Origin: a virus
DNA: 64,000 bases
Strand: one strand, 5' to 3'
IMG/VR virus record: IMGVR_UViG_3300038705_000018
Span: 1 to 64,000 of that record
The notes below the pieces were generated by a model. It was given only the letters and a program-made list of their open reading frames with translations, did no database searches and was not told the origin of the DNA. Made by a program: the position numbers and the translations under genes. Positions within the stretch are counted from its first letter, which is position 1, and the number at the start of each line of letters is the position of its first letter. Positions 9,252-19,363 of the stretch are shown piece by piece.

Positions 9252-10467
9252 ACTCCTTCCTCGCTCTGATGTTAATGTGTGGCTTTATAATGTTATCTAT
9301 TTGCTTATTATCGATATAAACCGTCTGTACGACCTTCTTCTCGTTCGTTTGATATATAGCCCTTCCCTTTATGTTAGGAAGACTCTCTGCGCCGCCTTCA
9401 TCTAGCACAGCACGACTCCCTGCTTCTGTCTGCAGTCTGAAGCAAACACGAGCGCCAATGTTTTGACGCAGTTGTGACGGCATAGCGCTATTCGTCGGAT
9501 ATTGAGTTGCATATATTAAACGAAATCCAGCCGCCCTGCCACGACGACCAATATCAACAATAATGTCCTGGCACTCCTGATATGGCGCTATATCGGCTGC
9601 TTCATCTACGATTACAAAATACCGTAATGGATCCCCGGCTTCTTTTATATCTTCGTATCCTTTTTCTAGTAAGTATTCGTTTCTAGCAGTCAGTTTATCT
9701 TGTAATTCCCTTAGAGTCTCAAGTGCCTCCTCTGGGTTCTTCGCAATCGATTCGACTTGATTTAGGAATCTGTATCGGTTGAAAGAGAGCCCCCCCTTCA
9801 AATCTATAAGGAATAGCTTTATATTTTCTGATTGGTTGCGTACCAAGGATGTAATGATGAGCTTTAGTACATTAGATTTACCCATATCCGTCATACCGGC
9901 AGAGATCATATGTGATAACTGGTCAAAGTCGTGTTTTATCAATCCATCCCTTGTATAACCAATAGGTACTTCCCATCCCCTACATTGTTTCATCATCTCA
10001 TCTTCAAATTTCACGAAATCAGGAATTCCTTTCTCATAAACTCGTATTTTAAGTAATCCATCGTAAGACAGCTCAATTTCCTTTCTAACGAGGTTTTTCT
10101 TGTTTATGATGTTTTGCATTTGTTTTAAGATGTCTTTTCGCAGTCGAAGAGATTTGAAGTCTTGTAGTTTAAAATCATAAACTTTGCTCTTGTGATTTAA
10201 TCCATCCTCTAAATGTTGTATCTTTTGTTCGAAATCGGAGAAACTAAGACCAAGCGGAATCCTATACGCATATTCAACTCCCCAATCATTTCTTGTCTTA
10301 CGGAGTAGCTGTATAGTCCTAGTTTCTTTCCCTTCCTTAACCTTCAAACCACAATTAGCGCAGATCCTTTGAATCTTAGAGGCATCATTTGTTGCTCCTT
10401 TTTGATGCATTTTTGATAGAAAGACTACACCACCAACTGCCGCTGAACTTACTAACTCAAATATCAA
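9172..10467 (-). CDS. FtsK/SpoIIIE-family DNA translocase ATPase
   Basis: N-terminal TM segment, Walker A (AGMTDMGKSNVLK), Walker B (YFVIVDEAADI), and RRGRAAGFRLIYATQYP typical of the FtsK motor domain. Confidence 0.85.
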   Translation of the reverse strand: MIFELVSSAAVGGVVFLSKMHQKGATNDASKIQRICANCGLKVKEGKETRTIQLLRKTRNDWGVEYAYRIPLGLSFSDFEQKIQHLEDGLNHKSKVYDFKLQDFKSLRLRKDILKQMQNIINKKNLVRKEIELSYDGLLKIRVYEKGIPDFVKFEDEMMKQCRGWEVPIGYTRDGLIKHDFDQLSHMISAGMTDMGKSNVLKLIITSLVRNQSENIKLFLIDLKGGLSFNRYRFLNQVESIAKNPEEALETLRELQDKLTARNEYLLEKGYEDIKEAGDPLRYFVIVDEAADIAPYQECQDIIVDIGRRGRAAGFRLIYATQYPTNSAMPSQLRQNIGARVCFRLQTEAGSRAVLDEGGAESLPNIKGRAIYQTNEKKVVQTVYIDNKQIDNIIKPHINIRARKEYENAKVSNEGSPNGKYTLELEETRLS

Positions 10468-10749
10468 TGTTCAAACACCACCCTTCTTTATGTATTCTGC
10501 AAGAATAGTCCCTAGAGATTAGAAGAGAGAAAAACTGCTATGAATCATTGAAACTACTTATCTTTCAATGTCTGAAGCAGTATTCTGTAAACTAATTCTA
10601 TTTGGAATAGGTGAAACGAAGTTTTAAAAGGTTATTAATTTAGAACTTAGAATCGTAATTTGTTTGGTATGGTAAAAGGTATTTCGTACTGTTTGGCCTT
10701 TATGTCAGTTTTTTTCCCACGTTTAAAAAAATGACGAAAAGGGCAAGCT

Positions 10750-10989
10750 ATGGTTGAGGTGGTAATATTGTTCGGATTAGGTAAAAAACGTAGTAAGTTC
10801 GGTCGTTGGTTAGACAAGCAAGGGATTACACAAGGAGATTTAGAGAAGGCCGCCAAGTTAAGTAGAGGTACGATTTCGAAAGTATGTAATGATAAAGAAT
10901 ACACACCTAAATTTTCGACTATATCCCAAATAACAAGGGGATTAAAAAAATTAGGGAAAAACATAAATGAAAATGACTTTTGGATGTAA
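10750..10989 (+). CDS. XRE-family HTH protein
   Basis: GITQGDLEKAAKLSRGTISKVCND helix-turn-helix. Confidence 0.65.
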   Translation: MVEVVILFGLGKKRSKFGRWLDKQGITQGDLEKAAKLSRGTISKVCNDKEYTPKFSTISQITRGLKKLGKNINENDFWM

Positions 10990-11098
10990 TAATCAGCTCT
11001 CAAAACCGGGGACTGATTATTTTTTTCTTGAAATTTTCCTACCACTTTGATTTTTTAATTACTTGCCCCTCTTTAATAAGTATAAAGGGGGATTTATA

Positions 11099-11245
11099 AT
11101 GCAAATTAATTTCAATACTAATGGAAAGAAAATCAAATTTAAAATGACGGTTAACAAGCCTAGTTTTAAAGTCAAAGCAACAAGCCTGTTAATATTACTA
11201 AGGATTTCAGAAATTTTAAGTGCTATATCGCGTATCTTCTTTTAA
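11099..11245 (+). CDS. Small hypothetical protein (48 aa)
   Basis: GGGGGA RBS 7 nt before the ATG (MQINFNTNGKK...). No homology recognised. Confidence 0.3.
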   Translation: MQINFNTNGKKIKFKMTVNKPSFKVKATSLLILLRISEILSAISRIFF

Positions 11246-11645
11246 TAAAAAGCTGACTAAATTATGAAGATGGATTCTTACTTACTAGCTATATGACCGT
11301 CATTGATATTGATCCGTTGAATAAATCTATAATTTGTACGGATGCTTTTTACAATAACATGACGTTGAAATTTATCGATATTATTGATGCAAACTGAAAA
11401 AAAGCCGCCCAACAGGACGGCTCTTATTTTTGTTAATCAAACTATTCTTTTATATGAAATATCTAGCATATACCTAGACTTCGTTTGCCGTTACATAGTA
11501 TATTCCTTTGCTATTTTGTAATTTATATTCGACATCATTATCAATATGCAACATTGCATATTAAAATAATAATATATAAACATTGTAATTTACATTTAAC
11601 CCCTGTAAAATTTAGGATGAAAAAAATATTATAGGAGATGTGATT

Positions 11646-12152
11646 ATGAAGAAAATCTTAACTTCACTTATGCTAATTGGATTAGTAGTATTTGGATTTA
11701 TTTTACCAAGCAATAATGCAAGTGCAGCTGAAAATACCCCACTTGTCGACAATGTGCAAATTACTAACATTGGAAACAATGAGTATATCGACTATGGACA
11801 AGGTAAAAAATATCGAGTTTATGCATATAAAAACACAACATTTAAAGGATATGCATATGACGCAAATGGGCAAGCAGTACCTGCTGGTACAACTTTTTAC
11901 ATTTACTTCGATGGCGCACTAAATTTTGCTAAAAAAGATATTTTATGTACTGTAGGAGCAAATGGTGCATTTGAAGGTTCAGTGGAAATGCCTAGTGGTA
12001 AGGGGAACTATTCTTTCTGGGCTTCAAGATCAACACACTACTATGATATTGTAAATCTTGGTTATTACAATGGTCCTAACAAAACTAATCCGATTTCAAA
12101 AGCAAATGAAAAAACAGTTTATCATTACTCTCATGGAGTATATCATTCATAA
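11646..12152 (+). CDS. Secreted protein of unknown function
   Basis: GGAGA RBS and signal peptide (MKKILTSLMLIGLVVFGFILPSNNASA). Followed by a terminator. Confidence 0.7.
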   Translation: MKKILTSLMLIGLVVFGFILPSNNASAAENTPLVDNVQITNIGNNEYIDYGQGKKYRVYAYKNTTFKGYAYDANGQAVPAGTTFYIYFDGALNFAKKDILCTVGANGAFEGSVEMPSGKGNYSFWASRSTHYYDIVNLGYYNGPNKTNPISKANEKTVYHYSHGVYHS

Positions 12153-12158
12153 AAAAGA

Positions 12159-12184
12159 GCCAGCTCATAAGCTGGCCTTTTTTT
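12159..12184. terminator. Bidirectional terminator between convergent genes
   Basis: GCCAGC-TCATAA-GCTGGC flanked by an A-run and a T-run. Confidence 0.75.
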
Positions 12185-12345
12185 ATTTCATAGAAATATA
12201 GACGTGATAAGTCTTAGTATGTTTTTCCTTTTAAATTGTGCTCTTTGTATTGCATGGATGCTTTCGGTTCAAATACTGAGTTTAAATTTGATGAATTAGT
12301 GAATATATATTTTAAAAATCCACTCGACAGGATGAATTTCAATGT

Positions 12346-13155
12346 TTATTTTTTAATATACTCGTACCACCATTGTCTTTCGTCCATCCAAGCTGTAATC
12401 TTATCAAGTTCACCATTAGGTAGTGTCTCAGTTTGTAAGTACGCTAATCCAGTTAATGGATCAGATACAACTTGTCCCTCAGTACCGCGCTCATTCATAG
12501 CATTTACGACTTCCTGGACCAATGAAATGCCAAATCCACCAGATTTAACATATTGATATCCACCATTAGAAACGTTTTGTTCTGGCTGATTCATTTCTGT
12601 AAACCAAGATAAAGGTTTACTTCCGATTAATTCATTCAAATCACACTTACCGATACCAGGCACATTACCTGTTTCAGTATATTGCCAAATATCGCATAGA
12701 TATGCTGGTCTCTTCCCACCATAACGTGGAATCCATACAAAGTCAGCAATTACATTTTCCATTCCAAATGGAGCATACATATGATGCCCGACATATAAAC
12801 CAACTTTTTGAGCACCTAATCGGCGTAATTCATCAATAAATGCTTGTGTGCCCGCTCTCATATCATTCATTGTTTTTACTTCCACATCAGCAACCCAGAC
12901 CGTTGCGCTCTTGTCTCCGCGATTCCAGAAGTCACGAGCTTCTATACGTGCATCATTTTCAGAAACAAAACGACAGAATGCATAGTTACCAAAAGGAATA
13001 CCATGTTGCTTCATAGCTTGTACATACCCCTTATATAATGGATCTATATAATTTGAACCATCTTGTACACGTGTAATAATAAAATCAATATGTTGCTTTG
13101 CTACAGGCCAGTTAATATTACCATTCCATTTTGAAATATCTACAATATTTCCCAT
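12346..13155 (-). CDS. Endolysin, GH25 muramidase with C-terminal wall-binding region
   Basis: [12 protein letters not shown]...[11 protein letters not shown]...GIPFGNYAF is typical of Glyco_hydro_25. Immediately downstream of the holin (ATGA overlap). Confidence 0.85.
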   Translation of the reverse strand: MGNIVDISKWNGNINWPVAKQHIDFIITRVQDGSNYIDPLYKGYVQAMKQHGIPFGNYAFCRFVSENDARIEARDFWNRGDKSATVWVADVEVKTMNDMRAGTQAFIDELRRLGAQKVGLYVGHHMYAPFGMENVIADFVWIPRYGGKRPAYLCDIWQYTETGNVPGIGKCDLNELIGSKPLSWFTEMNQPEQNVSNGGYQYVKSGGFGISLVQEVVNAMNERGTEGQVVSDPLTGLAYLQTETLPNGELDKITAWMDERQWWYEYIKK

Positions 13156-13580
13156 TATTGAACATCTCCCTTTTTCTCTTCTTGTTTTTGTTTACCACCT
13201 AAAATTTCAACTGCATTTGTTAAATCTTGTGGCAACGGAATACCCATTCGACCAGCATTTTCTAAAAGTGAAAGTAATTCATTACCCATGAAGAAGAAAA
13301 TTGTTGCTTCTCGAATAGCACTATTACTTTCAAGTGCTGAATCTAGTTGTGCGGCCGCTCCGACCAAAAGAAAAAGCACCACCTTTTTGGCGATACCTTT
13401 GAAACCAACTTTGCTTTTTAATTCTCCGTTATATCCTGCTGCAATCATGCCAGTTAAATAATCAATAACTGCCATTGTGACTAAGATTTTCAATGTTGCA
13501 TCCCATCCTCCTAAGAAATACCCACAGAAGCCACCAAAAGTGGCAATAAAAGTTTTTAATAGTACATCAATACGATCCAT
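13155..13580 (-). CDS. Holin (phi LC3 / holin_4_1-like)
   Basis: 141 aa with 3-4 TM segments. [22 protein letters not shown] motif and a charged C-terminus. Confidence 0.8.
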   Translation of the reverse strand: MDRIDVLLKTFIATFGGFCGYFLGGWDATLKILVTMAVIDYLTGMIAAGYNGELKSKVGFKGIAKKVVLFLLVGAAAQLDSALESNSAIREATIFFFMGNELLSLLENAGRMGIPLPQDLTNAVEILGGKQKQEEKKGDVQ

Positions 13581-13614
13581 ATTCTTTCCTCCGTTTCAAA
13601 ATAAAAAAGACCAA

Positions 13615-13995
13615 CTATTGCTGCTCCTGCTTTGTTTGTGTGTTATTTTCATTAGTTGATGTTGGCGGTTCTTGAGATGGATAATTCCCTGTAAGTGATG
13701 TATAACACTCTAAACAAATATTCTTTTTCGCAAACCCCATATCCAGTGCGTACAGACGAGCTCCGCGTTTACATATTTCGCATCTTGTTGCAATACGGAA
13801 ATATATCGTTCCATCCGTTTCCCCCCACACCTCTACTTTATTCGCACCATATAAACCGGCATTGTTTAGCATATCAAAAGGAATTCGCACAAATACTCCG
13901 TTTTCGTTTCTTTCTGAATCTACTAACCTACCCGCAAACGGAGCACCTTTCCCTGCTTGTAAGGGATAACCTTGTAAATCTTTGTAATCGTCCAT
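13615..13995 (-). CDS. Hypothetical phage protein with CxxC...CxxC
   Basis: Lies between the tail fibre and the holin. CEICKRG...CLECY. Confidence 0.5.
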   Translation of the reverse strand: MDDYKDLQGYPLQAGKGAPFAGRLVDSERNENGVFVRIPFDMLNNAGLYGANKVEVWGETDGTIYFRIATRCEICKRGARLYALDMGFAKKNICLECYTSLTGNYPSQEPPTSTNENNTQTKQEQQ

Positions 13996-14006
13996 ATATT
14001 TTCCTC

Positions 14007-17000
14007 CTAAACGTTAGGTAGCTTGTACCATTGTCCTCCCATTCCCATAAAATAAAACCCATAGCCTCGACCGCCATCAAAGAAACGAATGGACCCAGCT
14101 TGGCCCATTTTATTACGCCCTAAATTTATTCCCTGCGTTAGAATAGGTTGATGTATGAATACATCCTTTTCTGTACTTATATCAAAGGTCTGCCCATGAG
14201 CAGCTGGACCTATGTTGTTATTTACGCTGCCTATAGCAATTCTATTAAACGGTTGAAGACCATCGGCCCTTTCTGCTGCTGCACGGTCCCAGTTATACAT
14301 GCAAGCATAGTTACCACTAACCAATGTTATCCCTGAAACACAAACAGCTCTACCTGCAGAAACTTGCGCATTTGCAGCTGTAATTTTAACTACAATCATA
14401 TGTTCTTGTGGATTGTAATTGTTAGGAATGGTAAATGTGAAATTATACCTTCTAATTTCACCATAAAATGTAGATGGCTCTGGAAAATCTTTATATATTT
14501 CGTGCCAAATTTTATAACTCACTTCATCCAATGGCGTAACAAAGCATACCTGCAATCGTGGTTTTGCCGTTACACGTACACCATTAATCTGTGCGGTTCT
14601 ATAATGTGCTGACAATGTATAAGAGTTTCCTGGATGAATCCCGTTTTGAACTTTTGTTTCTGGATAATTATACGTGTCGACACGGACTGCATTTACCATT
14701 TGTTCATAGTTAAATATAAAAGTATTATTTTCTATCACTACACCGTTTCCTTGTACTTTCCAAGGTAGACCGTATCCAGCACCAAACCCCTGATAATTGG
14801 GGTTACCTATGTTCAATTTTGGAACACTAGAAAAATCATGATCGGCTATTAAATTTCGTTTTGGCATAACGGTTGTTTTCGTTCCCCATTCATCTTCAAA
14901 AAGGAAGTCTAACATTTTAATAGTAACGCCGTTTTTATTAATGGTAATCTTATCGCCATTAACTTTAATAATATTCGTATCAATGCCCTTTGCCGTTAAC
15001 CATTGCACCATTGTATCAGCACTGATAGCAAGTTTTGAAACACTAATAGTAATCTTTTCGGCTGTCTGGTTAATAGCAGAAATGATGTCGCTTTTTTGTA
15101 CGGTACTAGTAATTACTTTTTCGGTTAAATCAATACGTGCTGCTTGTCTATCAACGTAAGCTTTATCAGCATAACGTCCATCAGATTCTGTTCTTGTATA
15201 TACTTCTGTTTTAACTGCAGCAAGACTAATACCCTTTGCATTTGCGGAAATAAGACGTTCTAACTCTGTTACCTTTGTATTGTAACTTTCAGTGGCTATT
15301 TTTTTAGATATCTTATCTAATAAATCTTGCTTGTTTTTTGTAACAGTGTTCTTTAACTCAGGTATTTGAAAACCACCGATATAATCTTCTACTTGTTTAA
15401 TTCCAACTTTTGCTTCAATTGCTGTGGCCTGTTGTTGAATTTTAGAATTAGCATCGGTAATCTTTTTTCCTTGATCGGATACTACATTGTTCAAATTACT
15501 AACTGTGGTGGATAGCCCGCTTGCTGTTTGCTCTACTGTAGTCATACGCTTTTCGAATCCGGATTGGCGATTTTGCACATTGGTTACAGTGGTTTTTACG
15601 CCATTCACACTTTTTTCGATCTCGGTTGTTTTTTTAGTGAATTCATCATTCGTTACTTGGTTTTCTGGAGCTGGTGTCCAATCCTGTGGCTTATTACCTT
15701 TATATAAAGCAACCCATTCTACAACGGATTTTGTATTGTTATTTGGAAAGTTATATAGATTTAACTTTCTTTCATTTCCACTCGTTGTTACTACAGCTTT
15801 AAAAGTTACATAGGTAATACCATTCGCATAAAAACTTGTTGCATATCCAACATTATTTGAACCACCATTCTGCCAAATTCCAAATTTCTGGCCTTGCGGG
15901 ACACTCCCTTTAATTACAAAAGTATATTCCTCACCTGGAACAAAATTTTCAGTTAGAGAATATGGATTGATTAGATAATCTGTTTTTTCGTATTTAACAT
16001 TTGAATCTAATAACAGATTACGCCCTCCAGCTTTATCGGTATTAAATTTCTTTTCTACGATCTCCAACTTCTCACTAATCTGGCCGGCCTTTTCTGTAAT
16101 TTCAGTTGTGGTTTTCTTTAGATTATTAGTTGTTTGCTGCATCTCAGAGATGGTCTTTTTCGTACCTTCAGCAGTCTCTACCACTGTACTTAATTTTTCA
16201 GTGATTTCACCGTCTTTTTTTATTAAAGATTCAATAGATTTAGTAAAACCTTCGTTGGTTTGTTTCATTTCAGAGACAGTTTTGTCAATTTCACCTTGAG
16301 AGTTTTGTACATTTTTTATCGTTTGCGAAACTTCTTGGAGACTATTTTTAACTTCCTTGAATTGTCCATTGGTTTCACTTTGCGCTTCTTCCACTTTCTT
16401 ATTTAATTCTTCTTTTGTGAGTTTAATATCCTTATTAACCTGCTCAAGTGTATCTTTCTTAACTGACTCCACATCAGGAATAAGAAGTTCCCAATCTTTA
16501 CCGTTCCATACTTTTAAGATACCAGGTTTACCATTACTGATATCTCGCCATATCGTCTTACCAATTTTAAGATTCGTTGTTGGCGGATTTACAGCTTCGA
16601 TAATTTCCACGGTATTATTTTTTAGATTTTCTTGAACTTTTTCGGCTAATTCTTTTGCTATCTGACTCTCTTTTTGAGCTTGTTCGGCTGTCCCTTTCGC
16701 TTCTTCTGCCAACTTTTCTAGTTGTTCTAATAGTTCTTTATTAGCTTTATTACCTAAAGAAGCAAGTACTCTATTGTATAATTTTCGCATTTCTTCGTTT
16801 GGATCGGTAATTTCACGATAGTCACCAAATATATATTTATCTTGTGAAGAATCCGTAAATGATTCATCACAAGCGATTGCACGTGCTTCTAAATAAAGCT
16901 TCGGTGTAAATCCAGTATCTTTAATTCGAATTGTATCTCCTTCATTAATTATCTCGTGAGATAATCCAAATACACGCCCTATAGCTGCGCCTTCTACATC

Positions 17001-17882
17001 GTAAACAACAGAAGTATTAACGCGTTTTGCGAACTCTGTTTTCATAAGAGTCAAGAGACGCTTTGGTGTCATATTTTGTTCTTCTGTTTCTGGAGTGTAA
17101 AAGCCAAATTTATGTTTACCATTCTCGTTCCAGCGTTGATAGGCATCGCTATCAGTAATATAAGGTAAACCATCATTAATGCTTTCAACTGTGATAATGG
17201 TATTCCCTTCGCCCTGAACGAATCCGATTAAGGCAGTACAAATATCCCTAGAATGCTCAATACGTCTAACACCGACTAAATCCTTCCCTAAAGTTACTTC
17301 CTTGCCAGTGTCTCTACCGCGTTTTTTCACCATATCCACGTACCAGCCAACAATCTGTGAACCGACTACTTCTACACGGTATTGAATCTCTAATTCAAAT
17401 AAAGAAGCTATTTTCTTTAAAAAAGTAAGAGGATCTATAATGGTATCAATGGTCATGGTATGGAAACCAGCATACTCTGTTTTTCCGCGTTTCCACTTCG
17501 TACCTACAAGAGCCATATCCATGAATTGATTTACTGTTTTACCTTCTATACGTTGTGGCATGATATAACCGTCTTTTGCTATCTGAACCCATGCACCCGA
17601 AGTACGTACAGTAAGTGACCTATCTCTTGAATCCTTTTCAACCTCATTATTTATAACGTAAGGAACAATCCGTCCATCACGTACTTCTTTTAAAACTAAA
17701 TTTTGCTGCATAAGTGTCGCTGCATGCTCTGTATTATCAAACACTTTAAACTCTAAAGTATCTATATTGTTCTTAATCTCCCAATGACGTATATCATCCC
17801 AATAATTTTGTGGCTGGATATTAGCAACAATTTGGTCCGTTTTAAAATCAATAACATGAAGTGTGCCGCTAGGTGCTCTCAT
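14007..17882 (-). CDS. Tail-associated minor structural protein / receptor-binding fibre (1291 aa)
   Basis: Position after the distal tail protein. Prophage-tail-like N-terminus, long coiled-coil centre, beta-rich C-terminus. Confidence 0.8.
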   Translation of the reverse strand: MRAPSGTLHVIDFKTDQIVANIQPQNYWDDIRHWEIKNNIDTLEFKVFDNTEHAATLMQQNLVLKEVRDGRIVPYVINNEVEKDSRDRSLTVRTSGAWVQIAKDGYIMPQRIEGKTVNQFMDMALVGTKWKRGKTEYAGFHTMTIDTIIDPLTFLKKIASLFELEIQYRVEVVGSQIVGWYVDMVKKRGRDTGKEVTLGKDLVGVRRIEHSRDICTALIGFVQGEGNTIITVESINDGLPYITDSDAYQRWNENGKHKFGFYTPETEEQNMTPKRLLTLMKTEFAKRVNTSVVYDVEGAAIGRVFGLSHEIINEGDTIRIKDTGFTPKLYLEARAIACDESFTDSSQDKYIFGDYREITDPNEEMRKLYNRVLASLGNKANKELLEQLEKLAEEAKGTAEQAQKESQIAKELAEKVQENLKNNTVEIIEAVNPPTTNLKIGKTIWRDISNGKPGILKVWNGKDWELLIPDVESVKKDTLEQVNKDIKLTKEELNKKVEEAQSETNGQFKEVKNSLQEVSQTIKNVQNSQGEIDKTVSEMKQTNEGFTKSIESLIKKDGEITEKLSTVVETAEGTKKTISEMQQTTNNLKKTTTEITEKAGQISEKLEIVEKKFNTDKAGGRNLLLDSNVKYEKTDYLINPYSLTENFVPGEEYTFVIKGSVPQGQKFGIWQNGGSNNVGYATSFYANGITYVTFKAVVTTSGNERKLNLYNFPNNNTKSVVEWVALYKGNKPQDWTPAPENQVTNDEFTKKTTEIEKSVNGVKTTVTNVQNRQSGFEKRMTTVEQTASGLSTTVSNLNNVVSDQGKKITDANSKIQQQATAIEAKVGIKQVEDYIGGFQIPELKNTVTKNKQDLLDKISKKIATESYNTKVTELERLISANAKGISLAAVKTEVYTRTESDGRYADKAYVDRQAARIDLTEKVITSTVQKSDIISAINQTAEKITISVSKLAISADTMVQWLTAKGIDTNIIKVNGDKITINKNGVTIKMLDFLFEDEWGTKTTVMPKRNLIADHDFSSVPKLNIGNPNYQGFGAGYGLPWKVQGNGVVIENNTFIFNYEQMVNAVRVDTYNYPETKVQNGIHPGNSYTLSAHYRTAQINGVRVTAKPRLQVCFVTPLDEVSYKIWHEIYKDFPEPSTFYGEIRRYNFTFTIPNNYNPQEHMIVVKITAANAQVSAGRAVCVSGITLVSGNYACMYNWDRAAAERADGLQPFNRIAIGSVNNNIGPAAHGQTFDISTEKDVFIHQPILTQGINLGRNKMGQAGSIRFFDGGRGYGFYFMGMGGQWYKLPNV

Positions 17883-19351
17883 CGATATCTCTCCCTATAT
17901 GTTACTTTGGCTATTCCCACATCGGAAGGCATAATTTCAAGCTTGTTTGAACCTTTGCTAACAACTGGATAATCACTGAATATATCTTTTAAATTTATAA
18001 CTTTTTTACCATTAATCGATACAAGGCTTCGCTCGGTATCAATAACTACCTTATCTCCAACATCAAAAATGTAAGGTGGATTATCTTGTGTATTCATATT
18101 GACCTTCCAGATTTTCAAATCATCAATGCTCATGTCTGTACAGAACATGTTATCCGAAAATTGACTGATGCTAATTTGAACTTGTGCCACTTTGTCCATA
18201 TTCACATTGTTTTCATCTTCCCACACAACAAAGCGTTCCGAGTCATCCTTTTCGGTATTCCATAAAAACTTAGAAATATACGCTTCCCACCTATTACCGG
18301 TACGCGCTAACCACAAGCGACCACGATATTGATTCCATGTAGTAGGATGGTCCCCTGGTTCATTTATAAGTACTCGCTCACCAACTGGTTTCTTTTTGTT
18401 GCCAAGCTTAGCGAACCCTGTATTTTGTTCAGCTTGCCAATGGACATCATTCATAGAAATACGAGCTACATAGTCACTGTTTTCATCCAATAAACCTATT
18501 TCAACGCGTCCCATTTGATCTGGATGCGAGCTTCTTACCCCAACATACGCCTGCATAATAAAGTCTTGCAGTGGCCCTTGCGGAATGTTCTTTTTGGCTA
18601 TGCAACCATGCCATCCTTTTATGTTTGTTTCACCTAAATAAACCGGAACTAGGCGTGAGCCTGCATCCACTTTGAAAGCTCCTCCCCCTACCATATCTTC
18701 TGCATTCGGAACATCCGTCCATCCTATAGTGGTAGACATTTCATCCCACATAACACGCTGATTTCTCTCAACAGGTACCTGATCCATTCTAAGCGGCCAT
18801 CCAATACGAAAGTAATTATCTCCATTCCATACATCAAGAAAAGTGGCGGGTTTCGTTACCTCAATTTCAATAATTGGGTTAGATTCGAGACTTCCTTTGT
18901 TTTGAATATTCGCTACTAGCCCACGCTCATTAGCTTGAAATTCTACGGTTCTTGTAGGACCTAATTTATATGGCATTTCACAAATAAAAGTAAGTACTCC
19001 TTCTCCTAAATTCACTAATTGCTGTGGGTCAAAAGATTCATCAATAACAGCCAAATACGTACGATCTTTTTCATCATCAAAGATCAGTTCTTGAGGTTGG
19101 TCTGTAATAAGCCAATCAGCTATTTCTTCCTTTAACTTTTCGGCCTCTTCCATAGATTCATAAAATAATGCAACTGGTACAATTATTTTTCTCATTTTTG
19201 TTTGTGTTCTTATCAAACGCCCACCTGGATAGTGAGGAACTTCAAGAAATGTACGTTCCAAAGGAGCCCATGCAGGGCGTTTTTTACCCTGCAATGGGAT
19301 TACATTCGGATTGCTTTTCCCGTTAAAACTAAAGAAACTAATTCCAGTCAT
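17879..19351 (-). CDS. Distal tail protein (siphovirus tail family)
   Basis: Immediately follows the tape measure gene. 490 aa. 4-nt overlap with the next gene. Confidence 0.75.
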   Translation of the reverse strand: MTGISFFSFNGKSNPNVIPLQGKKRPAWAPLERTFLEVPHYPGGRLIRTQTKMRKIIVPVALFYESMEEAEKLKEEIADWLITDQPQELIFDDEKDRTYLAVIDESFDPQQLVNLGEGVLTFICEMPYKLGPTRTVEFQANERGLVANIQNKGSLESNPIIEIEVTKPATFLDVWNGDNYFRIGWPLRMDQVPVERNQRVMWDEMSTTIGWTDVPNAEDMVGGGAFKVDAGSRLVPVYLGETNIKGWHGCIAKKNIPQGPLQDFIMQAYVGVRSSHPDQMGRVEIGLLDENSDYVARISMNDVHWQAEQNTGFAKLGNKKKPVGERVLINEPGDHPTTWNQYRGRLWLARTGNRWEAYISKFLWNTEKDDSERFVVWEDENNVNMDKVAQVQISISQFSDNMFCTDMSIDDLKIWKVNMNTQDNPPYIFDVGDKVVIDTERSLVSINGKKVINLKDIFSDYPVVSKGSNKLEIMPSDVGIAKVTYRERYR

Positions 19352-19363
19352 ATCATCACCTGC

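Noticed and set aside
10647-11045. 132-aa minus-strand ORF
   Set aside because: It overlaps the better-supported + strand XRE HTH gene (10750..10989), has no RBS, and its sequence looks like an antisense artefact.
14148-16635. Plus-strand track ORFs inside the tail fibre gene (14148, 14364, 14941, 15487, 16108, 16357); likewise 19542-21713 inside the tape measure, 4716..5075, 6585..6815, 7203..7460, 54929..55256 and 60458..60839
   Set aside because: These are antisense shadow ORFs of long, well-supported genes. They have low-complexity Ser/Phe/Leu-rich translations and no RBS.
14007-17882. Diversity-generating retroelement or invertible tail-fibre switch
   Set aside because: No reverse transcriptase, no template/variable repeat pair, and no inverted crossover sites flanking the fibre C-terminus were seen.
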